In this document: in pieces, positions 22,854 to 38,374 of the stretch | Layout of the letters: the number at the start of each line of letters is the position of its first letter | Position numbering within the stretch: the stretch's first letter is position 1 | Assembly: GCA_050230475.1 (NCBI GenBank) | Contig: JBFLGF010000126.1 | Span: forward strand, 1-64,000 | Source: Ancylonema sp. | Taxonomy: Eukaryota | Reading direction: 5' to 3' | DNA length: 64,000 bases | Translations under genes and position numbers: made by a program | Notes under the pieces: generated by a model | Databases searched by the model: none | Told to the model about the DNA's origin: nothing | What the model saw: only the letters and a program-made list of their open reading frames with translations

Positions 22854-25813
22854 GGTCTTTAGCGCCGTAAATGAGGAGGACAGGCTTCTTCACTTGGCCA
22901 AAAGTCTGCACACTCCCTTACTCCCTCATTCTTACTCCCTTACCCCGTTAATCCAACCCCCTTTTTCTCTCACTACTTTCACACTACTTTCAACATTCTC
23001 TTCATTCCGTACTTCCTTGTCATATGATTTGGGGAAACGAAATCAGCATGCCAGCATCGCAATGCCATGTAATAACTCAATTTTCACCGAATGATCAATG
23101 ACGGTGACAATGCTACTCGAAAGATGGGAGTAGGCATCTAGGGGTTGTTGTACCCATTCCTCGTCATACCCCACCCCTTTGTTTTAATTCATATCATTGT
23201 ACCGCTATACGTACACTATCAACATCATATCAGCATTTTTAACCACGAGTAGATCTTCGAAAGATTACATGTATGATACATCAAACTACGAACCTATGCA
23301 CATCATTGTGTGGGATTCAAAGCGAATGAGTGTTCATACAACTGTAGCCTTTTGTAACATCTCTACACTACTCACCTGCTCATTAACGAGGCCTACCTAG
23401 ACTCCAAGAATCCCGCCACAATATTCCCAGATCCGGTATCCACTCTTCCCTCACCTTAAAGCACGGCTCTTTGCTTCCCCGGACCATCGCCCCAACCGAG
23501 GCCAACCTCGATCCCCGAATCGCTCCCCATGTGCTTCTTAAGTGCCGCGAGATATGATCGCATGTCGGGAGGCGACCCCTTTTTGAAGAGGGTTTCAAAA
23601 TAGGACACCCATGCTAGACCTCCCCACGGCCACGCGAACAGGATGTCGCTGAGGGGGCGGAACCAAACATCCTGAACCCCACAATCCCACCAGCGGAAGT
23701 TTGGGGTTCAGGAAACGGGACTTTGTTCCACTTTTGTAAGCTGACTGCATAGGTCGCTGGTTAGGGAGTGAATGATGGAGATAGAATCCCTGTTGTAGTG
23801 AATGATTGAATTCCCTATCAGGGGGCCGGCACTGTTGTATAGGACTGAGGTCCCCGAAGGAACCTAAGATGTATGAGACTGGTTGTCTGGCAAGCACCAC
23901 ATACCACTCCCAATACTTTTTCCCTGAATCATATCCGCTTTGACCAGGACCATCCGGGACATGAACTCCTAAACTCTGAACATTCTGGAGCTTGTGACCC
24001 CACATCTTCGGACTCCATCCGTTACAATGAAGTGCTTGCAAGAGACATGACATCAGCAGATCTCACGATGACGTCACTGGCTGCATGTCACCTCACTCAC
24101 CTGCGGCATGTCTCTGACTACCGGACAAAGACCAATCACACCTTTCACTAAGGAAGGCTCTGTGGCCGCCACGTGGAGGGCAGCTGATCTGAACGGAGTC
24201 CACGCATCACATTCAAGTGCGAACCGTGCGGTGAACCGAGAGCGACACAACAACGCAAGAGACGGAAGGGTTAGGGTGGTTCCAAATTTAGCGCCAATTG
24301 TTGTCTTTGTGGAGCGGAGTCTATCAGGGGGACTCATGTTTTGGTGGTGCTTAGGTCTTTGCTTTATGCAAACGATTGGGTTGATTGGTGGCGATTAGAC
24401 TCGTGGAGAGAGAAGTGTGTTATCGATTTTCTAGTGTTTATGAATTGGTGCAATCCACACATTGCACCACCTTAAGATGTGTCATTGACCGCATATTGTA
24501 AGATTTGTGGAACCCGCATATTTTTCATTGCTCAAATTCTTACTAGTACTTGATTAGTGTTCAATTGTCTTCAAGCTTGTCTTCAAGTTTCTAGCAAACA
24601 AAAAGGTGTCGAGGATCGAGGTTGAGGTGATATGATTGTTTATTGCGGATTTGGAATGTGTGTGCGTGTCATATCTTACACGAGTACAAGGCAACTCTAT
24701 GGCGAGCAGCAACGCCCAAAAAGGCCTTTAAGAACTAGCATAGACAATCTTCAATTTTGTGGGTTTGGAAATGACAATTGATTTGTACACGCTGTGTGGA
24801 AGTCCGCAGTCGTTGCTTTTGTTGCCGATTGGAGACTATTGCTAGGACGAATCATACAATTGCGGAATGGGAATAACACATATTTAATGCACTTTCCTCC
24901 ATGTGCTTTTGCGGCACTGTAGAACTCTAGGAGGTTGCTAACTCTGGGTAGCACTTCATCGTTCTTAGTCACATGTGGTTGGCTCACGGTTCTACTTGTA
25001 TTGCTTTGCAAAAACGAATTTCTCGTCTTTAATTAGCAAGGTCTTAATTCACACAAACGTCATGCACTCTCAAATATTACCGGTTCCACATTTCACATCT
25101 TTTCCATCTTCTCCATCTTCTCCGTCTCATACAAATATTTTTCTCCCTTTGCCACGTTTCTCCTTACACTATATACAACATCTTGATTAGTTGCAACCTC
25201 AATTCGCCCTCGAAATTTTGAAAGTGCTCCGCAAACCTAAGTTTTTGAACCCATGCCTCACCAATAACTGGCCATCCCATTGAGTATCCGACAAGCCTCT
25301 ACTTCGATCATCAACGCAATAATAACATTACACCTCGGTTGCTCCAACGAGACCACCACCATAAATACGGCCACCCTTTCAACCAGTGAACCTTTTATGA
25401 TCAACTCAAACCCACCCTAGCCCAGACAAAATTCTCAACTAATCTCAAGCTCGGCTCGAACCATACCCCAACCCCCAACCCCCAACTGCATTTCAAATGT
25501 CAGCTCCAATACAACCAAATTTCTGGAAGTCTCTTCACAAGTCTTTTAGGAAATCGGTGATGATCGAATATACCATCTCCACGTCCTCCACATGCGGGTA
25601 GTGCCCCACCCCCGCAATCACTTCATATTTCACTTTCTTTGTGCCGCACAACGCCTTGACCACCTCCAGCGCCTCCTCTACAGGGTTGCTGAAATCCGAA
25701 AAACGGTAGCTCTGGCGGAAATCCCCCAGGCCGGGCAAGCAGAGGAATGTTTCAGAGGGGCCTGAGGGAGTACGTGGCACGCCACTGTCCTCCACTGCTA
25801 GAGCGCCCTCCAT
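22690..25813 (-). pseudogene. Alpha/beta-fold hydrolase, disrupted
   Basis: N-terminus MEGALAVEDSG...FLCLPGLGDFRQSYRF (25813-25699). Middle SAALHVAATEPSLVKGVIGLCPVVRDMPQ (24190-24101) and DVWFRPLSDILFAWPWGGLAWVSYFETLF...PPDMRSYL (about 23671-23456, frameshift near 23512). C-terminus PVLLIYGAKDPDF...GVGHYPHVE (22906-22690). Nucleophile region absent. Confidence 0.8.
24191..25698. repeat. 1508-bp direct repeat, copy 2, lying inside the hydrolase gene
   Basis: Same sequence as 21346-22853. Junctions gatct|gaacgg and aatccg|aaaac. Confidence 0.97.
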
Positions 25814-27223
25814 GTGAATCGCGACATCCTGCGAAGGATCGGAATCTTATTTGATCATAGTTGGATGATAAGTTGTTCAACTCCAAACATTGTGGTTGAG
25901 GTTGTCGATAATGTACAGATATTTCCGTTTTTCCCGGACCTCAGAATGCAGGATTATTCGCAAAGAATGAGCGCATTGTTGGAATCCCCAGAATTTCGCA
26001 GAAGAGAAGGCACACGCTGCTAACCTTCATATGCCCGGCTGTGAAGACTGGCGGTAATATAGACATACTATCAGGATGCCTTGTTACCAGGGGCGGCCAC
26101 TGCAATGCCGTCCGTTATACAGAGTCGGTTGGAGCGGGGCGCTTCCCTCCAAAAAATCAGACGTTGAGCACACACTAGCTGAGCACAGAACGCATGGGAT
26201 AAGTGCAGTGGATTTGTATACCTATGTACAAAAAATAAATAGCCCAGTGTGCAGAAGAGCACTGGGGAGACCGATAGAAATAACATTTCGCGAATGTCGC
26301 CGGAAAGTGGACTAGAAATTCTGACGCACGCGTGGCAGTCTCAGCGCAACTGCCGTGAGGTAGCTGGTTGTTCGGTGACTTCGTTTGTCTTGTTAAATGT
26401 GATGCTTGTGTGCTCATAACGTTAATGATAATAATAATAACTCCCTCTCCCGCGCAATCAGAGCAGGGTAAATCCACTCCAGCTGCGGGAAACCTTGTTG
26501 CAGGCTTATTGCGTTGTTGATGCATCGCAGTAGTGTGCTCATAACGAATTCATGAGAGCGACCGGCCAGACACGAATGATCTGAGAATCGATCATATGGA
26601 AGTTAATCTCCGACTCTGCATCGCTGCGATGTGAGTGGATGGCCGTGATGTGCACAACACCGGTTAGAATGCAGACCTCCACGCCGCCTGTTTTCCTTCC
26701 GAGGCTTATCCTTTAGGTACATGCAGCTGCCGTCTTTTCAAAACCATGAGTTTCAGAATCGAATCGGCCTCTCCTCCCCCTATTTACTGCGTAGGTCAAT
26801 GTTTGCGAGCCAGTTGCAAACTTTATAGGCAGAGAAGCATCCTGAGATGAGCTGTTGAAATCACCTTTGCTGAATCAAGACTGTACTTTGTTCGAGCGTC
26901 CGAGTCCCTCGCAGCCATTGTTTGTATATTCTTTCCATTTGATCGATATTCAGTCATCCCAATTTGTGGGTACCCAAACCAAGAGGAGAGGCAATACTGT
27001 AAGCAACACTAGACGTAGCTTACACCTCCATACTCTCTCCACCTCCATAGATCGCTAAGGTCCGCCCACCCTCAAGCAATACGAATGATTTTGGTGTTGT
27101 ACTAAGTGAGATCCTCTTGCTGTATATCGTGATTCAGGTAGGGACGCCAACTTTTGCGAAATCCCTCGAACGACAGCATTAAAGGATGCAGTTAAGGAGG
27201 CAGCGAAATTCGAAATCGAACAC

Positions 27224-29110
27224 ATGATGGAGGGGGAAAAAGAACAAAAACGTGTATGTTCGGGGAATAGTGTGCTCGAAGTGGACGGTGGAGGTCTGGT
27301 GGACCTAAAGTGCGATCAGCTGGGATCCATCGATGTACACCAGGGGGAGATGGTGGCAGTGGGGGTGGGAAGAGGAGTACCTCAAGTAGGAGATCATCTG
27401 ACAGTAATTGGATCAGACCAACAAACTGAGTTGCTCTCCACAGATTGCCCTGGATCAGAGGGAGAGGAGAGGGAGTTGAGAAACCTGAATGTAGATCTGC
27501 TGGCCGAAGTTTTTTCCTCGCTCCCCCAGGAAGACCTTGTTGAGGTGATGGTAGTGTGTAGACATTGGGAGACGGCAATGCGAGAAGGCGGTGTGGTGTG
27601 GCAGAATATGAGAGTACATCGAGAGTGGAGGAGGGGGAGTACGGTGGGAGAGCGAGAGAAGGAGGGGGCCAATCAGATTCTCATCGGGGCGCTGCAAGCC
27701 GCTGAGGAGGTTAGATACGTCAATCCGTGGGAGACTGATTGGAAGCCCCTGTTGTCGCTAGGATGGATGGTGGCAGCAAACCTCCGAATCCTGGAGTTGC
27801 CTGGCAACTGCTTTCCTGCGGACCTCTTTCCAGCTGTCTTATCCAACTGCCCCCAGCTTAAGGATCTGGCGATTGACGGAGAGCCCAATGGCCAAGGCTC
27901 CATTCACATTCGCCACCCAACATTACAGACTTTCAAGATCAGATCTGAATCATCTCGATATCTGACGGTTGACTGTCCAAACCTCACTCACCTCTCCACA
28001 CAAGGACGCGTGGATCGGCATCATTTAGTCATCTGCCCCCCCTCCATCCAGTGCCCTCTCCTCACCAACCTCCAATTATCGAGTCAACACTGTGCGCCGG
28101 CCGCACTGCAGCTCATGGCTGCCAATGCTCCCCTCGTGAAGTGTCTCACAGTCGAGAGCAGTGATGAATGCCCTTCCATTGCACTCACGCATTTCACGTC
28201 CGTCGAATATCTCAATATCTCAGAATGCGAGGAGATTGCGCCTCGCGTGTTTGATCATTGGTCGCATCTAGCGGAACTATGTATAAATGGGGAGGGCTTT
28301 ACCATAGATTCGGAGATACGGCATCCACGGTTGCGATTCCTATACCTTAATGACCAAGGAGAAAACGTATCTGTGCGTTTATTATGCCCTTCATTAGAGA
28401 TCTCGAGGATGCATTGTGTTGACCTCGATGCAAAGTGCCTCACGAACCTCAACGACACATGCCCCATGCTCAAGAGGTTGGAGGTGGAGTGGGTCAAAGA
28501 CGACGGTGAAGAAGATGTGACATGTCATGCCCTTGACATTGTTCATGAGACATTGGAGGCATTGAAGCTCTACAATTGTTGGTGTGTGCCAATCCAAATG
28601 ATATTTCAGATCCAAACACTTTTTAGGGTGGTGTGCCCAAACCTCAAAAGTCTTATACTAGAAGGGTATACGGATATGCCTCGCCTCCCTTCCATTCTTT
28701 GCACCTTGCCGAGATTAGAAACTTTAGATGTTACCCTATCGACCATGCATTTGCCAACGGTGAAGTTAGAGCATGGCCAACTCCAGTCACTTGCAATAGC
28801 ACGCGGCAAAATAGACAAACTCGTGATCAGCATGCCCAAATTAGATCATTTGTTTCTAGTCACCTGCATGGTGAAAACGATACAAGTGGCCTCTAGAGAA
28901 AGTGTGAATTTTAAGTTTAGCCACTCTCGCGATGGATCTAATCCGCTTTGGAGAACGATTCACCCAAAAATGGCGTTGGTGACCGCTCATTTGGAAGATG
29001 AGAGAGATTCTTCAACGGAGGAGTCTGAGGATAGCGATAGCTCGGAGAGTGTAAGCGATTCAGAGTTTCTGAATAGTTTCGAGGATGAAGGTAGTGATGA
29101 CAACGTATGA
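27224..29110 (+). CDS. F-box/LRR protein, intronless, 628 aa
   Basis: F-box LRNLNVDLLAEVFSSLPQEDLVEVMVVCRHW, repeated Cys-containing LRRs (CPQLKDLAI, CPNLTHLST, CPMLKRLEV, CPNLKSLIL) and an acidic tail. Confidence 0.88.
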   Translation: MMEGEKEQKRVCSGNSVLEVDGGGLVDLKCDQLGSIDVHQGEMVAVGVGRGVPQVGDHLTVIGSDQQTELLSTDCPGSEGEERELRNLNVDLLAEVFSSLPQEDLVEVMVVCRHWETAMREGGVVWQNMRVHREWRRGSTVGEREKEGANQILIGALQAAEEVRYVNPWETDWKPLLSLGWMVAANLRILELPGNCFPADLFPAVLSNCPQLKDLAIDGEPNGQGSIHIRHPTLQTFKIRSESSRYLTVDCPNLTHLSTQGRVDRHHLVICPPSIQCPLLTNLQLSSQHCAPAALQLMAANAPLVKCLTVESSDECPSIALTHFTSVEYLNISECEEIAPRVFDHWSHLAELCINGEGFTIDSEIRHPRLRFLYLNDQGENVSVRLLCPSLEISRMHCVDLDAKCLTNLNDTCPMLKRLEVEWVKDDGEEDVTCHALDIVHETLEALKLYNCWCVPIQMIFQIQTLFRVVCPNLKSLILEGYTDMPRLPSILCTLPRLETLDVTLSTMHLPTVKLEHGQLQSLAIARGKIDKLVISMPKLDHLFLVTCMVKTIQVASRESVNFKFSHSRDGSNPLWRTIHPKMALVTAHLEDERDSSTEESEDSDSSESVSDSEFLNSFEDEGSDDNV

Positions 29111-31569
29111 TGGTGCAATCACGCAAATAGGTAGATAATTATGGAGGTGAAGTACGGAAACGATGAAATGAAAACACATTTACGAGTTGATATATTTTCA
29201 CGAGGCAAAGGCATTTTGTTTTGTTCTTTTCATTGATCTAAGGAGAAAAAAACAACTTTCTAACCCAAATTGGATCCCCCCAACCCGGGGTGGGGTAAAA
29301 ATGGGTGAGGAATTATTCAATATCGTGCAAATATTCCTCTTCTCATGGTAAAATTGGTCGTACCTCACAACCCTATGTGCAGTAGGCCAACTGACGTTCA
29401 CATGTGGCAAACCTATTACACATGCCATATGTGCTAGATACTTCTTACGACTCTATGATTTTTTTCGACATATTTTTGCACGTGTCAATTGAACCACCCA
29501 TCTCGGTTGGAGAACTCCATTTTGGGTACAATTCGCCTCCAATCCGGGTTGGACCCCCCAAGCTCGGGTTGGACATCCTGATTCGGGTTTTATCCCTAAC
29601 ATGGGTTAGACCCTTCCAACTCGGGTTGGGCCCCCACAACCGGGTTCCCAATCCTTGGAATGGGGGTTGGAGGTTCGGAGTTTGCCAACTTGGGTTGGGG
29701 GTAGGCAAGCCGAGGGGTTGGGGATTGTGCACAAAGCTAAGTCTGATACGATAATTGGTAATTTTCACGTAAATTGACATTGGCAAATCACCGTGACACA
29801 CCGGAATGTGTAACGTAAATGTGGCACTCACAACCTTCATTGAAAAATGCGTTTTTAATGTATTCAAATTGATCTTTCTGTTTTTTTGGGTAATGCTTAT
29901 TGTGGATAGATACATCCAACCCTTATAACTTATCGCTCTAACATGAGCAAGCACAACAAAGTGTAAAAACACACAATCGCATTGCAAATCAACGTAAAGT
30001 ATTATAATCATTTATGTGTCAAAGCTTGAAACTATTTTTTAGAAAATCGATGTGGTGAAAATCGGTACGAGTACAACATGTGCAAATCATTTCGTGTGGG
30101 TCCTCTTTTGTTGCGATTTTTTTTCTTCTTGCTTTCCATTCCATAATTCCATCACTAGTCCCGCGCCATATTGTGGATGTCCGAATGGTCAGCTAGCATC
30201 CGTGTGCCTCGTTCTATAACATATCTAAGCTAACCAGTAAAATCCGAGCGTGTCACTAGGATTCATTTTATGATTGTCAACTCGTATGAAATCGGCAGAT
30301 CTATGACATGCTAGCGCCGTCACATTGGCTCTAGCAGGCGCTTGTGAACAATCGTTGTTATAAATGACATTAGATGTATTGAGTACGGCGGTCAAATAGG
30401 AGGGTTGCTTTGACCTTGGGTATTGGTCCGCACCGTCCTCGAGGATTTCAAGGATCGTACTCATGATCAATCATAGTAGTTGACAATTGGTGGGAGACCA
30501 ATAGAGGTCCTTGCGATATGTGCCACCGACCCGTCCCTCTGGCTCCGCAAGCATAGACTCGTGCATTATCCGTTGTGAATGTGAATGTGTGCATACGATC
30601 AATCTCGGGCTTTCACTTGATATACAATGTAGTGTCAGCATACAGCATCAGCCGGACTCCGACTTTGAGCCTAGACTTATTCAGATTTTTTCACTAGAAA
30701 TGATGGTGTGATGTGTGGTGTAGGACATCATACTGGGAAGCATTGCCATGAGTCTTCATTTGGTACATGTGTATACACGATTTTCTAGTGTAGGACATGA
30801 TAGTCATGGTTGCTCGGTAAGAATTAATGTTCGGTAGGGGACCAATAATGATCTCATGTGCAACTTGGAGCCAAAACGTATCGGTGGAGGACCAATATTA
30901 AGAGTAAGATTAAGATTAACTTGAAATTTTGTGATTCGCTAAGCAGTCGTGTGGTTGCGATTGCTGGCAAAGGAAATGGATGACACATCGATTGCGCCTA
31001 ATTGCAAACCACTTATAATCATAGCATATAACTATTGCCACACAAAACATCTTCGGTATACGCAATCTGCGTTGAACTGTATACACTTGTAATTTTATAC
31101 ATCACCTTAACTTATGACGAGTACTCGCTGTTTTCATTGGGCCATGTGATCTTGCGTCCCAAAATTGAGTTTCTATCAAGAAATCACATTTTAATCCTCC
31201 GAGAGGATCCATTGCGAGCAAGGATCAAATTCCGAGAACAAATACAACCCCACAACGTTGAGGTGGGGGACCATGCAAGCATTGTTTGTGTGTATCTTAC
31301 AGTCTGTGTATCATTTTTGTGTAACCACAATCAGGATAGTATTTACCACATGCACATTCTAACAAGAAAATTTTGCACGTACTCAATACAAAGTGTGGTG
31401 TACAAAATATGTAGAAATCAACAAAGCCTCAAATAGCGCTATATATTTGTCCTATCATATAATTGATTCCTCTTCGTGTTAATCATCTACCCAACAACCA
31501 ACAACTATCCAGCCCACCACCAACAACAAAAAACGGACTTAAAAAGACTCACTTCGCTGAACAAATCTA

Positions 31570-36063
<4,494 letters not shown>

Positions 36064-38374
36064 GAAGCTTTTACAGGCTCAAAGTGAGTAAGATAATATG
36101 GCAGCAACACGCGCTCGAAGTGAGGTCAGCTTAAAACTGCGTTAGTAAATGTTTGCTAGTGCGACAAAAGGTGAATTATTGGGAGCACGATAACCTGCAC
36201 TATCAGGCAAGGGGAAGACATTTATTCATTTATTGGCAACGATGAAGACGTCGTTACCCAATTTCCTACTAGAGAATGAGATACCCCTGCCATGGGCTCA
36301 AACTGGAGTAGGGCGCCAGTCCCAAAATTGGAGAGGCGGTCCGAAACGCCAGATGTTGCATGGCCAGGCGCTCTAAATGGTCAGGCGCTATAGGGCCTGT
36401 CAGGGGGGAACGTTGTACGCACGCCAACTTTGGTTAACTGCACGCCATATACCGTTCGTTGCCAACACTCGATCGATAATTTGCTGCCAGACGCCAAACT
36501 TGGCACTCCGTTAACGGCACCCTCTCGATCCGCTGACTCTCTCGAGTCGCCTGCTATCCTTCTGCCCTTGCATCATTCGCCCGCCATCACAGAGCAGCCG
36601 CATACGAAAGGACATGCTGCCACGGGCATGAATCGCTCTACAGTGAAACACAGCCCGGCGTCAAAAGATGCCGTGCTACGGATGATTTCGTTTCGCGTTT
36701 CGTTTCTTTTCTGCAATTGGCGTGCAGATGGCGTGCGTTTAACATTTCCCCTAGTCAAACGTGGTAAAATGCCATTGGCACGGATCTCATCCCAATCTGA
36801 TTCTTTAAACCCCTGAAATAAAATATTACCGGGTAATTTGCCGACTTTGGGAGATGAATTAGACAATTACATATTTCCATCAATTTGTCTTTCATTGTAT
36901 GAAGCATTTATAATTTATCGTCAGAGAGATTGCAGAAAATTAGAAAGTGTTGGGTACCTCATCTACGTCAAAATATCGGTATCGAAGTTATCAATGCCAA
37001 CAAGTAGACGGATGGAAATATATAAAAACGACACGTGAATGATCACAATCTAACATACAAGGTAATACTAGCAAAATTACGCAGCTACGCGGAAGAGAAA
37101 AAAATCGCGTAGCAGAGGGAGGCAATCAAACCGATTATTCCTTCAACCGTAGTATAGTCTAAGTAAGTCTTGATGTTAACACTCATTGCTTGTCGTTATC
37201 TATTAAAAAATGTGAATCCGTTTCACAAGTTTTGCCGAGTCAAAAGTGTGTGAGTTGAAAGGGGTTTGGGAAAGAGAACGACATCCTCGTCAATATTAAA
37301 CGACAAGAATCCATTCTATTCACTTTGTAAAAAAAATGTGCCTAGTGTTTACAACCATCTCAGCGAGACATCGCTGACGTTATTAAATATCAAATATTGC
37401 ATAACCATTCAAGAATCTTGTTGGCATGTACACCCTAAGACGGCAAATGCATGTGTTCATCGTCAAGATGCATTGACACGTGTTACACGTGTTCCATGCT
37501 GATGTCGACATGCAATCTTCTTAAATAGAATAGCTGGCGAAGTTTCATTCATGATATGATCAGTATTTGCCCCGGTCCAAAATTGGGACCAAGTTGTGCA
37601 TCTTATCATCTAGGTCACCCATCTCGAGAGGTGATGTTACAAAGAGTGCATTCATCAATTGTGCATCATTATTTATGACATTTGTCAGTAGCAAGACAAA
37701 TGCTACTTAATCATTCGATTATTGGTTGTTATTGACAGTAAACTAGATTACCCTTTCACCCCAATGATTGACCGCATCGAAAGATGAAAACATTTCTCCA
37801 TCCCTTGCTCTGATTCCAATTAAATCCGCCGACTCTTTCATAATTGTGCGGTAAATATGCCATCCAAGGGTGGCATGGTGGGTTCTGGTGACTTTGGATT
37901 GGAAAAGCATATGTGAGGTGTTGACGTGTATGTTTCATTGTGCTTTTCATACACTATCTGTTCATACTTATTTGCACAAGCTCTTGTAAGATGGTGATTC
38001 GATTGAGCCTTTGTTGTTGGGTATTTGTTTGGAAGCTTAGGAGAAGCAAATTGTATGCTTTAGGTTGCTTCCCGCCTTTCAACCGACAATGATTTGTTAT
38101 CACATTGGAACAACCACAAGATGAACTTGTGCTCCTTCATTGTGATACACATTCTATTTACACTGAGTGATTCTTGTACGATCAAGCCTAAAAGTCACAA
38201 CAAGGCAATGCAGAAACGGCCAACTTCCTATGCAATGTCACCATGTTTCGACCAAGTTTACTCCTAAGATCCAAAAAGCACGAGACTTGTTAGAGCCAAC
38301 AAACACGAGAGCTAATGCCGAAGATTGGACACCAAATCCACATACACACTCGATGATGCAAATCCTGATGCAGA

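Noticed and set aside
24108..24398. Second pyruvate kinase copy
   Set aside because: Only the last approximately 14 PK codons and the 3' UTR were carried along in the duplication.
36300..38150. Possible extra gene between DBP2 and FAS1 (e.g. ORF 36573-36866)
   Set aside because: Stop-interrupted with no motif I can recognise; probably a TE relic or noncoding.
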